A stretch of DNA of 64,000 nucleotides. Source: Pristiophorus japonicus (Eukaryota). Of this stretch, positions 39,392 through 54,300 are shown in pieces. Every line of letters begins with the position of its first letter. Positions within the stretch are counted from its first letter, which is position 1. The notes under the pieces were generated by a model that saw only the letters and a list, made by a program, of their open reading frames with translations, had not been told where the DNA came from and searched no databases. The stretch lies in the NCBI RefSeq assembly GCF_044704955.1, contig NC_091982.1, positions 148,986,001 to 149,050,000 of the forward strand, written 5' to 3'. The translations under genes were made by a program, and so were the position numbers.

Positions 39392-42300
39392 GATAGTGAG
39401 GACAGAAGAGTGAAAACAGATTGCGAAAACAGACAGTAACCAGAGGTTAGTGGATACAGACAGCGAACACAGTTAGTGAACACATATTAGTGAACACAGG
39501 ATAATGAATACAGATTGAGAGTACAGGATCGTGAATACAGATAGAGAAGAGAGGATAGTGAACACAGAGAGTGAGCAGAAGTTTGTGAACACTGATTTTG
39601 AACGTAGGAGAGTAAACACAGATAGTGAACACCGCATAGTGAACACAGGATAGTGAGCACAGATAGTGAACACAATAAAGTGAACACAGAATAGTGCAAA
39701 AAGGATAGTGAACACTACAATGAACACAGGATAGTGAGCACAGGATAGTGAACACAGGATAGTGAACACTGACAGTTAACACTGTTTGCAAACACGGGAT
39801 AGTTAGCACATCAAGTGAACAAAGGATAGTGAACAAAGGATAGTGAACACAGGATAGTGAACACAGGATAGTGAACACAGTTAGTGAACACAGGATAGTG
39901 AACACAGGATCGTGAACACAGATAGGGAACACTGGATAGTGAACATAGAAAATGAACACAGATAGTGAGCACAGATAATGAACACAGGACAGTGAACACT
40001 GATAGTGAACACAGTATAGTGAGCACATGATAGTGAACACAGGATAGTGAACATTGATAGTGAACGTTGATAGAGAACAGGGGGTAGTGAACACTGATAG
40101 TGAACACGGCTTTGTGAGAACAGATAATAAACAAAGGATAGTGAGCAAAGGATAGTGAGCAGAGAATAGGGAACACTGATGGTGAACACAGGTTACTGAA
40201 CACAGAAAGTGAACACAGGATAGTGAACAAAGGATTGTGAACAAAGAATAGTGAACAGTGAATGAGCAAAGATAGTGAACACAAGATAGTGAACACAGAT
40301 AGTGAACACGGGACAATGAAAACAGATAGTGAACACATAATTGTGAAGACAGAAAGTGACCACAGATAGTGAATCCACGATAGTGAGCACATGATAGTGA
40401 ACACAGTTAGTGAACACAGGAAGGTGAACACAGGATTGTGAACACAGTCAGAAAAAGGTAGTGTACACAGACAGTGAACATAGTTAATGAACACAGGGTA
40501 GTGATCACAGGATATTGAACACAGGAAAGTGAACAGGTAGTGTGCACAGATAGTGAATACAGAATAAGGAACACAGATAGAGACACATAGATAGTGAACA
40601 CAGATAATGAACGCAGAATAGTGAACACAGCATAGTGAACACAGGGTTGTGAATATGGCTAGTGAGCACAGTATAGCGAACAAGGATAGTGAACACAGGA
40701 TCAGGAACACCTATAATGAACACAGATAGTAAACACCATAATGAACACAGGATAGTGAACAAATAATAGTGAACACAGGAAAGTGAACACAGTTAGTGAA
40801 CTCAACATAGTGAGCACAGGATTGTGAACACACATAGTGAACACAGGTTAGTGAACACAGAATTGTGCCACAGTTAGTGAACACACATCGTGAAAACATG
40901 ATTGTGAACACTGTGCAGTAAACACTGTATAGTGAGCAAAGGATATTAACACAGGATCGTGAACACAGATATTGAATGCAGGATAGTGAGCAAAGGAAAG
41001 GAAAACAGTTAGTGAACACAGGATTGTGAAGGCATGATGTTGAACACAGTCAGGAAACAGACAGATAACACAGTAAGTGAACGCAGAATAGTGAACACAG
41101 GATAGTGAATACAGTTAGTGAACACAGGATAGTGAACACAGATAGTGAACACAGATAATATAAAAAAGGTAGTGAACACAGGATAGCGAATATAGATAGA
41201 GAACACAGAATAGAGAACACAGAGAGTGAACACAGATAGTGAACACACATAATGAACACAGATAGTGAACACAGGATAGTGAACAAAGGAATGTGAACAC
41301 AGTGAACCCAGGATAGTGAGCACTGGATAGTGAACACAGATAGTGAACACAGGGTAGTGAACACAGTCAGTCAACACAGTTAAGAGTACACAGACAGCGA
41401 ACACAGTTAGTGAACACAGTGCAGTGTGCACAGAATGGTGAAGACAAGATAGTGAAAACAGGTAGTGAGCATAGATAGTGAAAACAAGACAGTCAAGATT
41501 GTGAATATTGACACTGAACACAGGATAGTGAACACAGGATAGTGAACACCGATAGTGAACAGTGGATAGTGAACATTGATTGTGAACACAGGATAGTGAA
41601 AGTGATACTGAGCACAAGATAGTGAACATAGAATAGTGAACAAGGATAGTGAACTCAGATAGTGAACACCTGGTAGTGAACAGAGGATAGTGAACACAGT
41701 TAGTGAACCCCAGATAGTGAACACATGTTTGTGAACACAAAATTGTGAACATGGAGAGTGAGCACAGGATAGTGAACACAGATAATGAGCACAAGATTGT
41801 GAACACAGGAGAGTGAACACAGGATAGTAAGCACATATTGTGAGTAACGGATCATGAACACTGATCGTGAACACAGCTAGTGAGCACAGATAGTGAATAC
41901 AGGATAGTGAACACAGATAGTGAACACGAGATAGTGAACACAGGGTTGTAAGCACAGATTGTGAACACAGGATAGTGAACAGAGGATAGTGAACATGGGA
42001 TTGTGAACACAGGATAGTGAGCACAGATTGTGAACAAAGCATAGTGAGCACATGATAGTGAGCACAGGATAGTGAACACTGATGGTGAAAACGGGTTTGT
42101 GAATACTGAGAGTGAACACAGTATAGTGAGCACAGATGGTGACCAAAGGATAGTAAGCACAAGATAGTGAACACATGATAGTGAACATTGATAGTGAACA
42201 CAGGATAGTGAACACAGGCAGTGAACACTGGATAGAGAAAACAGATAGAACACAGGATAGTGAACACAGGATAGAGAACACAGAGTGTGAAGACACGCTA

Positions 42301-45300
42301 TTAAATACAGGATAGTGAACACATGATAGTGAACACCAAATATGAGGACAGGATAATGAACACAGGATAGTGTACACAGATAGTGAACACAGGATAGTGC
42401 AAACAGGAATGTGAACACATGATAGTGAACAAGGATAGGGAACACAGGATCGGGAACACAGATACTGAACACAGATAGTGAAAACCCGTAATGAACACAG
42501 GATCGTGAACAAATAATAGTGAACACAGGAATGTGAACACAGTTTGTGAACTCGGGATAGTGAGCACAGGATTGTTAACACAGTTGCTGAACACAGGTTA
42601 GTGAACACAGGATTGTGACCACATTTATTGAACAAACTTGTGAACACATGATTGTGAACACTGTGTAGTGAAGACTGTATACTGAGATGACGATAGTGAA
42701 CACAGTCAGTGAAGACTGAATTGTGAACACAGATAGTGAACACAGGATAGCGAGCGCAGATAGTGAGCATAGGATCGTGAACACAGGATAGTGAACACAG
42801 GATAGTAAACACAGGAGAGTGAACACCGATAGTGAACACGGGATTGTGAACACTGATAGTGAACACAGTATTGCGAGCACAGAAAGTGAACGAAGGATAG
42901 TAAGCATACGATATTGAACATATGATAGTGAATACTGATAGTGAACACAGGATAGTAAACACAGATTGTGAACACAGGAAAGTGAACACAGGATTGTGAA
43001 CACTGATAGTGAACACAGGATAGTGAGCACAGGCAGTGAACAAAGGATAGTGAGCGCAGGATAGTGAACAGTGGATAGTTAACATGGATATTGAACACAG
43101 ATAGCGAACACAGGTTTGGGAACACAGGATAGTGAAAACGGGATTGTGAACACAGGATATTGAACACAGAGAGTGAACACAGATAGTGAGCTCAGATAGT
43201 GAGCACAGGATAGTGAACATCGATAATGAACACAGGATAGTGAACACAAGCTGCTGAACACAGGTTAGTGAACACAGATAGTGAGCAGAGATAGTGGACA
43301 AAGGATAGTGACCACAGGATAGTGAACAGAGGATAGTGAACAGTGATAGTGAACACAGGAGAGTGAAAACAGGATAGTGAACACAGAGAGTGAGCACAAA
43401 GAGTGAGCACAGGATATTGAACATAGATAGTGAACACAGGATAGTGAACACAGATAATGAACATCGATATTGAACACAGATAATGGACACAAGGTAGTGA
43501 ACACAGATAGGAAACTCAGGATAGTGAACATAGGATTGTGAATACAGGATAGTGAGCTCATATAGTGAACACAGGATAGTGAACACAGTAGTGAATGCGG
43601 ATAGTGAACACAGGATTGTGAACAACAGTTGGTGAACATACATAATGAACATTGGATTGTGAACACTGTGTAGTGAACAGTGTATAGAGAGCACAGGATA
43701 GTGAACACAGATAATGAACACAGATAATGAACACAGGATAGTGAAGAGAGGGTAGTAAACCAGTAGTGAGCACTAATAATGAACATAGATAGTGAACACA
43801 GGATAGTAAACACAGAAAGTCAACACTGATAGTGAACACACATAATGAACACAGTGTAGTGAACACATTATAGTGAACACAGGAGAGTGAACACAGGAAT
43901 GCGAACATTGATAGTGAACACAGGATAGTGAGCACAGGTAGTGAACAAAGGATAGTGGGCACAGGATAGTGAATAGTGGATATTGAACACTGATAGTGAA
44001 CACAGATAGCAAACACAGGATTAGGGAACACAGGATAGTGAAAACTGAATTGTGAACACAGGATATTGTACACAGAGAATGAACACAGGATAGTGAAAAC
44101 TGATAGTGAACACTGACAGTGAACACAGGATAGTGAACACAGGATAGTAAGCACATATTGTGAGCAATGGATCGTGAACACTGATTGTGAACACAGCTAG
44201 TGAACACAGATAGTGAACACTGATAGTGAACACTGACAGTGAACACAGGATAGTGAACACAGGGTTGTATGCACAGATTGTGAACACAGGATAGTGAACA
44301 CAGAATAGTGAACATAGGATTGCGAACACAGGATAGTGAGCACAGATTGTGAATACAGGATAGAGAGCACATGGTAGTGAGCACAGGATATTGAACACTG
44401 ATGGTGAACACAGGATTGTGAACACTGATAGTGAACACACTATAGTGATCACAGATGGTGACCAAAGGATAGTAAGCACAAAATAGTGAACACATGATAG
44501 TGAACATTGATAGTCAACACAGGATAGTGAACACAGGATTGTGAACACAGGATAGTGAGCACAGATTGTGAACACGGGATAGTGAGCACAGGATAGAGAA
44601 CACAGAGTGTGAAGACATGCTATTAAATACAGGATAGTGAACATATGATAGTGAGCACCGAATATGAGGACAGGATAATGAACACAGGATAGTGTACACA
44701 GATAGTGAACACAAGATAATGCAAACAGGATTGTGAACACATGATAGTGAACAAAGATAGGGAACACAGGATCTGGAACACATATAGTGAACACAGATAG
44801 TGAAAACCCATAATGAACACAGGATCGTGAACAAATAATAGTGAACACAGGAATGTGAACACAGTTGCTGAACACAGGTTAGTGAACACAGAATTGTAAC
44901 CACATTTATTGAACAAACTAGTGAACACATGATTGTGAACACTGTGTAGTGAAGACTGTATACTGAGATAAGGATAGTGAACATAGTCAGTGAACAGTGG
45001 ATAGTGAACACAGATAGTGAACACAGAATAGCGAGCGCAGATTGTGAGCATAGGATCGTGAACACAGGATAGAGAGCACATGATAGTGAGCACAGGATAG
45101 TGAACACTGATGGTGAACACAGGATTGTGAACACTGATAGTGAACACAATATAGTGAGCACAGATGGTGACCAAAGGATAGTAAGCATACGATATTGAAC
45201 ACAGGATAGTGAACACTGATAGTGAACACAGGATAGTAAACACAAATAGTGAACACAGGAGAGTGAACACATACAGGATTGTGAAAACAGACAGAACACA

Positions 45301-48300
45301 GGATAGTGAAGACAGGATATTGACACAGATAGTGAACACACGGTATTAAATACAGGATAGTGAACACAAGATAGTGAACACGGAGAGTGAGCACAGGATA
45401 GTGAACACACGATATCATACACAGATAGTGAACAAAGGGTTGTGAACACAGATAAGGAAAACAGATAGTGAACACATGGTAGTGAACACTGATACTGATC
45501 ACGGGAAAGTGAACACAAGATATTGAGCAGAGGTAGTGAATGAAGGATAGTCAGTACAGGATAGTGAACAGTGGAGAGTGAACACTGATAATGAACACAG
45601 GTAGTGAACACTGATGATGAACATGGGATTGTGAACACAGAATAGTGAATACAGGATAATAAACAGAGATAGTTACAACAGAATAGTGAAAACAGTATAG
45701 TGAGCACAGAGAGTCAACACAAGATAATGAACAAAGGATAGTGAACACAGAATAGTGAACACTGATATTCAATCCAGCATAGTGAGCACAGGATAGTGAA
45801 CACAGGACAGTGAACACTGATATTGAATCTAGCATAGTGAGCACAGGAATTGAACACAGGTTGGGGAAAACAGGATAATGAACGCAAGATAGTGAACATG
45901 GAGAGTGAACACAGGACAGTGAACACAGGATAGTGAACACAGATAGTGAACACGGGTTAGTGAGCACAGATAATGATCACAGATAGTGAACACCGGGTAG
46001 TGAAATCAGGATTGTGAACACAGGATAGTGAACACAGAGACTAAATACAGATAATGAACACAGGATAGTGAATACAAATAGTGAACACAGGATAGTGAAC
46101 ACAGGATAGTGAACAGAGATAGTGAACACAGGATAGTGAACACAGTATAGTGAACACAGATAAGGAACACAGATAAGGAACACAGGATAGTGAATACAGG
46201 GTAGTAAAAACCGGTAGTGAGCACTAATAATGAACACAGGTAGTGAACACAGGATAGTAAACACAGATAGTCAACACTGATAGTGATCACACATAATGAA
46301 CACAGTGTAGTGAACACATAATAGTGAACACAGGAGAATGAACGCAGGATTGTGAGCACTTATAGTGAACACAGGATAGTGAGCACAGGTAGTAAACAAA
46401 GGATAGTGAGCACAGGATAGTGAACAGTGGATAGTGAACATTGATAGTGAACACAGATAGCAAACCCAGGATAGGGAACACAGGATAGTCAAAACAGGAT
46501 TGTGAACACAGGATATTGAGCACAGAGAGTGAACACAGATAGTGAGCTCAGATAGTGAGTACAGGATAGTGAACATCGATGATGAACACAGCATAGTGAA
46601 CACGGATAGTGAGCAGAGATAGTGAACAAAGGATAGTGAGCATAGGATAGTGAACAGAGGATAGTGAACAGTGATAGTGAACACAGGCTAGAGAAAACAG
46701 GATAGTGAACACAAGACAGAGAACACGGAGAGTTAGCATAGGATAGTGAACATAGGATAGTGAACACAGGATAGTGAACACAGTATTGTGAACACAGGAT
46801 AGTGAAAACAGAGAGATAGCAAAGATAGTGAACACAGGATGGTGAACACTGATAGTGAACACTGACAGTGAACACAGGATAGTGAACACATAATAGTAAG
46901 CATATATTGTGAGCATTGGATCATGAACACTGATCGTGAGCACAGATTGTGAACACAGGATAGTGAAGACAGGATTGTGCACACAGGATAGTGAGCTCAG
47001 ATTGTGAACACAGGATAGAGAGCACGTGATAGTGAGCACAGGATAGTGAACACTGATCAAGACACAGGATTTTGAACACTGATAGTGAACACAGTATAGT
47101 GAGCACAGATGGTGACCAAAGGATAGTAAGCACAAGATAGTGAACACAAGATAGTGAACACTGATAGCGAACACAGGATAGTGAACACAGGCAGGGAACG
47201 CTGGATATAGAAAAGAGATAGAACACAGGATAGTGAACACAGGATAGAGAACACCGAATGTGAGAACAGGATAATGAACACAGGATAGTGTACACAGATA
47301 GTGAACACAGGAAAGTGCAAACAGGATTGTGAACACATGATAGTGAACAAGGATAGGGAACATAGGATCGGGAACACAGATAGTAAACACAGATAGTGAA
47401 AACCCATAATGAACACAGGACCGTGAACAAATAATAGTGAACACAGGAATGTGAATACAGTTTGTGAACTCAGGTTAGTGAACACAGGATTGTGACCACA
47501 TTTATTGAACAAACTTTTGAACACATGATTGTGAACACTGTGTAGTGAAGACTGTATACTGAGATAAGGATAGTGAACACAGTCAGTGAACATTGTATAG
47601 TTAACACAGTCAGTGAACACAGGATAGCGAGCACAGATTGTGAGCATAGGATCGTGAACACAGCAAAGTGAACACAGGATAGTAAACACAGGAGAGTGAA
47701 CACTGATAGGGAACACGGGATAGTAAACACAGGATAGTGAACACAGGATAGTGAACACGGGATAGTGAACACGGGATAGTGAACACGGGATAGTGAACAA
47801 AGTATTGTGAACACAGGATAGTGAACACAGAGAGTGAGCACAGAGAGTGAGCACAGGATATTGAACATAGATAATGAACACAGGATAGTGAACAGAGATA
47901 ATTAACACAGATATGAACACAGATAATGAACACAGGGTCGTGAAGACAGCTAGGAAACTCAGGGTAGTGAACATAGGATTGTGAACACAGGATAGTGAAC
48001 ACCGAGAGTGAACACATATAGTGAACACTGGATAGTGAACACAATAGTGAATGCGCAGAGTGAACACAGGATAGTGAACAACAGTTGGTGAAAAAACATA
48101 ATGAACATTGGATTATGAACACTGTGTAGTGAACACTGTATAGAGAGCACAGGATACGGAACACAGATAATGAACACAGATAATGAACACAGGATAGTGA
48201 AGAGAGGGTAGTTAAAACTGGTAGTGAGCACTAATAATGAACACAGATAGTGAACACAGGATAGTAAACACAGATAGTCAACACTGATAGTGAACCCACA

Positions 48301-51300
48301 TAATGAACACAGTGTAGTGAACACATAATAGTTAACACAGGAGAGTGAACACAGGATTGTGAACACTGATAGTGAACACAGGATAGTGAGCACAGGTAGT
48401 GAAAAAAGGATAGTGAGCACAGGAAAGTGAACAGTGGATAATGAACACTGATAGTGAACACAGATAGCAAACACAGGATAGTGAACACAGATAGTGAACA
48501 CAGGATAGTGAACACAGGATGGTAAGCACATATTGTGAATACAGGATTGTGAACACAGGATAGTGAACACAGGATAGTGAACACAGGATTGTGAACACAG
48601 GATAGTAAGCACAGATTGTGATCACAGAATAGTGAGCACATGATTGTGAGCACAGGATAGTGAACATTATGGTGAACGCAGGATATTGAACACAGGCAGT
48701 GAACACTGGATATAGAAAACAGATAGAACACAGGATAGTGAACACAGGATAGAGAACACAGAGTGTGAAGACATGCTATTAAATACAGGATAGTGCAGAC
48801 AGATAGTGAACAGAGAAAATGAACACAGGATAGTGACCACACATCATGAATACAGAATAATTAATACAGATAATGAACACAGATAGTGAACACACATAAT
48901 GAACACAGGATAGTGAATACATAACAGATAACACAGGATAGAGAACACAGTTAGTGAACACAGGATAATGAACACAGAATTGTGAACTCACTTTGTGAAC
49001 ACACTTAGTGAACACAGAATTGAGAACACTGTTTAGTGAATACTGTATACTGAGCACAGGATACTTAACAAGGTTAGTGAAGACAGGATCATGAACACAG
49101 ATAGTGAACAGCGATAGTGAATACAGAATAGTGAACACACGTAATGAACACAGAAGAGTGAACACAGATAGTGAACACAGATAATGAACACACGTAATGA
49201 ACACAGATAGCGGACACAGGACAGTGAATACAGGATTGTTAATACATGATAGTGAACACAGATAGTGAGCACATAGTGAACACAGGATAGTGAACACAGG
49301 ATATTGAACACAGATAGTGAACACAGGATAGTGATCCCAGATCATCAACACAGAATAGTGAACACAGGACTATTAACACAGGATAGTGAACACAGAGAGT
49401 GAGCACATATAGTGAACACAGGATAGTGAACACAGTAGTGAATGCACATAGTGAACAGAGGATGATGAACACAGATAGTGAACACACAGGATGGTGAACA
49501 GGTAATAGTGAACACATGATAGCGAACACAGGAAAGTGAACACAGATAGTGAACTCATGATAGTGAGCATAGGATAGTGAACACAGTATTGAACACAGGA
49601 TAGTGACACATGATTGTGAACACCAGTTGGTGAACACACATAATGACCTGGATTATGAACACTGTGCAGTGAACACTCTATAGAGAGCACAGCATAGTGA
49701 ACACAGGTAGTGAACACAGGAAAGTGACCACAGATAGTGAATGCATGATAGTGAGCACATGATAGTGAACTAAGTTTGTGAACACAGGATGGTGAACACA
49801 GGATTGTGAACACAGATCATGAGCACAGGATCATGAACACAGATAGTGAAGACAAGTTAGTTAACAAGGATAGTGAACACAGATAGTGAACACAGGTTAG
49901 TCAGCACAGGATAGTGAACACAGATAGTGATCACAAGATAGTGAACACAGGATTGTTAACACAAGATACTGAACATGGAGAGTGAGCACAGGATAGTGAA
50001 CACAGGATAGTGAACACAGATAGTGAACACAGGATAGTGAACACAGATAATGAACACAGATAATGAACACAGATAGTGGACACAGGATATTGATAACAGG
50101 AATGTGAACACAGGATAGAGTACACAGAGAGTGAGTTCATCTTGTGAACAAAGGATAGTGAACACCTACCGTGAACACAGAATAATGAATACAGATAGTG
50201 CAGACAGATAGTGAACAGAGATAATGAACACAGGATAGTGACCACAGATCGTGAACACAGAATAATTAATACAGATAATGAACACGGATAGTGAACACAG
50301 ATAGTGAACACACATAATGAACACAGGATAGTGAATTCTTAACAGTGAACACAGGATAGAGAACACAGTTAGTGAACACAGGATAGTGAACACAGGTTTG
50401 TGAATTCACTTTGTGAACACACTTAGTGAACACAGAATTGAGAACGCTGTTTAGTGAATACTGTATACTGAGCACAGGATACGTAATACGGTTAGTGAAG
50501 ACAGGATAGTGAACACAGATAGTGAACAGTGATAGTGAACACAGAATAGTGAACACAGATAGTGATCACAGAAGAGTGAACACAGATAGTGAACACAGAT
50601 AATGAACACACGTAATGAACACAGATAGCTGACACAGGACAGTGAATACAGTATTGTTAACACAGGATAGAGAACACAGATAGTGAGCACATAGTGAACA
50701 CAGGATAGTGAACACGGGTGGTGAACACAGATATTGAACACAGATAATGAAAACAGATAATGAAAACAGGATAGTGAACACTGATAGTGAACATGGAAAA
50801 ATGAACACAGATAGTGAACACACATAGTGAACACAGATAATGAACACAGGATAGTGAACACAGAAAGTGAACACAGGATAGTGAACACAGGATAGTAAAC
50901 ACAGCTAGTTAACACAAGATAATGAACACAGGAAAGTCAACACAGATTAGTGCTCACTGATCGTGAACACAGATAATGAACACAGGATAGTGAACACAGA
51001 TAGTGAACACTGATAGTGAACACAGATAATGAAGACAGAATAGTGAACACAGATAGTGAACACAGTATAGTGAACACAGGATAGTGAACACAGATAGTTA
51101 ACACAGATAATGAAGACATATAGTGAATGCAGGATAGTGAACACAGATAGATAACACAGAATAGTGAACACAGAGTGAAAACAGATAGTGAGCACACATA
51201 ATGAACATAGTTAGGGAACACAGGATATGAAACACAGATTATGAGCAGAGGATCAAGAACACTGATAGTGAATACAGCATAGTGATCACAGATAGTGAGC

Positions 51301-54300
51301 ACAAGATCGTGAATACTGATAGTGAACACAGATAGTGAACACAGGATAGTGAACACAGGATAGTGAGCACAGATTGTGAACATAGGATAGTGAGCACAGG
51401 ATGGTGAGCACATGATAATGAACAATGATTGTGAACACGGGATAGTGAACACTGATTGTGATCACAGTATCGTGAGCACAGATAGTGATCAAAGGATGGT
51501 AAGCACAAGATAGTGAACACGGAATGTGAGCACTGGAAAGTGAACACAGGATAGTGTACACAGATAGTGAACACAAGATAGTGAACACAGGATAGTGAAC
51601 ACATGATAGTGAACAAGGATAGTGAACACAGGATCGGGAACACAGATAGTGAACACAGATAGTGAACACATATAATGATCACCGGATCGTGAACAAATAA
51701 TAGTGAACACAGGAAAGTGAATACATAGTGAACTCATGATAGTGAGCACAGGATTGTGAACACAGTTAGTAAACACAGGTTAGTGAACACAGGATTGTGA
51801 CCACACTTAGTGAACACATGATTGTGAACACTGTGTAGTGAACACTGTATACTGAGGAAAGGATAGTGAACACAGTCAATGAACACAGGATAGTGAACAC
51901 TGGTTGTGAACACAGGATAGTGAAAACAGGATAGTGAACCAAGGAAAATGAACACAGATAGCAAACCCAGGATAGTGAGCACTGTATAGTGAACACAGAT
52001 AGTGAACACAGGATAGGGATCACAGATTGTGAGCGGAGGATCATGAACACAGATAGTGAAGACAGCATAGTGAACATAGATAGTAGCACAAGATCGTGAA
52101 TATTTGATAGTGAACACATGATCGCAAACACAGTTAGTGAACACATGATAGTGAGCATAAGATAGTGAGCACAGATAGCGAACACAGAATAGTGAATACG
52201 GGATAGTGAACACAGGATAGTAAACACAGAATAGTGAGCAAAGGATAGTGAACACAGGATAGTGATAACTGATAGTGAACATGGGACTGTGAAAACTGAT
52301 GGTGAATGCAGTATATTGAGCACAAATAGTGAACGAAGGATTGTAAGAATACAATATTGAACACAGGCTAGTGAACACTGATAGTGAACACAGGATAGTG
52401 AACACAGATAGTGAACACAGGAGAGTGAACACAGGATAGTGAAAACAGATAGAACACAGGATAGTGAACAGCGGATAATGACACAGAGAGTGATCACACG
52501 ATATTAAATGCAGGATAGTGAATAAAAATAGTGAACATGTAGAGTGAGCACAGGATAGTGAACACAGGATATTGTACATAGATAGTGAACACAGTATAGT
52601 GAACACATAATCGTGAACAGAGGATAGTGAACACGGGAAGGTGAACATTGATAGTGAGCACTGGAAAGTGAACACTGATAGTGATCACAGGAATGTGAAC
52701 ACTGATAGAGATCACATGATATTGAGCACAGGTAGTGAAAAAAGGATAGTGAGCACAGGATAGTGAACAGTGGAGAGGGAACACTGACAGTGAACACAGA
52801 TTGTGAACACAGAGTGAACACACATAATGAACACAGGATAGTGAACACATAATAGTGAACGCAGGTTAGTGAACACAGATATTGTACACAAATAGTGAAC
52901 ACATATCTTGAACATAGGATAGTGAACACAGAATAGTGAACACCGAATTGTGAACACATTTAGTGAACATACATAATCAACACAGGATTGTGAACATTGT
53001 GTAGTGAACACTGTATAATGAACACAATATAGTTAAATCAGTTAGTGAACACAGGATAGTGAACTCAGATTGTGAACACTGATAGTGAACACTGATAGTG
53101 AACACAGGAAATTGAGCACGTGTAGTGAACAAAAGATAGTGAGCACATGATAGTGAACAGTGGATAGTGATGATCGATAGTGTACACAGGATGGTGAGCA
53201 TGCGGGAAGTGAACACAGGATAGTAAACACAGATAATGAGCATGTATAATGAACAAAGATCGTGAACACAGAATAGTGAACAAAGGATACTGAACACAGT
53301 TAGTTAACACAGGATAGTGAACACAGATTGTGAACACATACTAATAAGTATAGACAGTGAACACAGATAATGAACACAGATAGTGAACACAGGATCGTGA
53401 ACACAGATTGTGAACACAGGCTAGTGAGCACAGGATAGTGAACACAGTTAGTGAACACAGGATTGTGAACACAGGATAGTGAATACAGGATAATGAACAA
53501 AGGAAGGTGAACACAGATAGTGAACAGCAAGAGTGAACATAGGATGGTTAACACAGATAGTGAACACAGATAATGTGCACAGATAGTGAACACAGAATAG
53601 TAAACCCAGATAGTAAACACACATAATGTACACAGATAGTGAATACAGGATGGTGAATACAGGATAGTGAACACAGGAAAGTGAACAAGGATCAAGAATC
53701 CAGGATAGTGAGCACAGGATAGTGAGCACAGATAGTGAATGCAAGATAGTGAACACAGAATAGTGAACATAGGACAGTGAACACTGATAGAAAACACAGG
53801 ATAGCGAGCACAGGATAGTGAAAACACGATAGTGAACAATGATTATGAACACATTATAGTGAGCACAGATAGTGAACAAATGATAGTGAGCACAGGATAG
53901 TGAGCATAGGATATTGAACACTGATAGTGAACACAGGAATGTGAACACGGATAGTGGACACAGGATACTGAACACAGGATAGTGAAAACAGATAGTACAC
54001 AGGAAAGTGAACACAGATAGTGAACACAGGATAGTGAACTCAGGATAGTGAACACAACATTGTGAAGATCGATAGTGAAAACAAGATGGTGAGCCTGGCA
54101 GAAGTGAGCACAGGATAGTAAACACAGATAATGAGCATCGATAATGAACACAGATCATGAACACAGTATAGTGAACACAGGATAGTGAACACAGGTATTG
54201 AACACAGGATAGTAAACACATAAAATGAAGAGAGATAGTGAACACAGGATAGCGAACCCAGATAGTGAACACAGATATTGAACACCGATAATGAACACTG

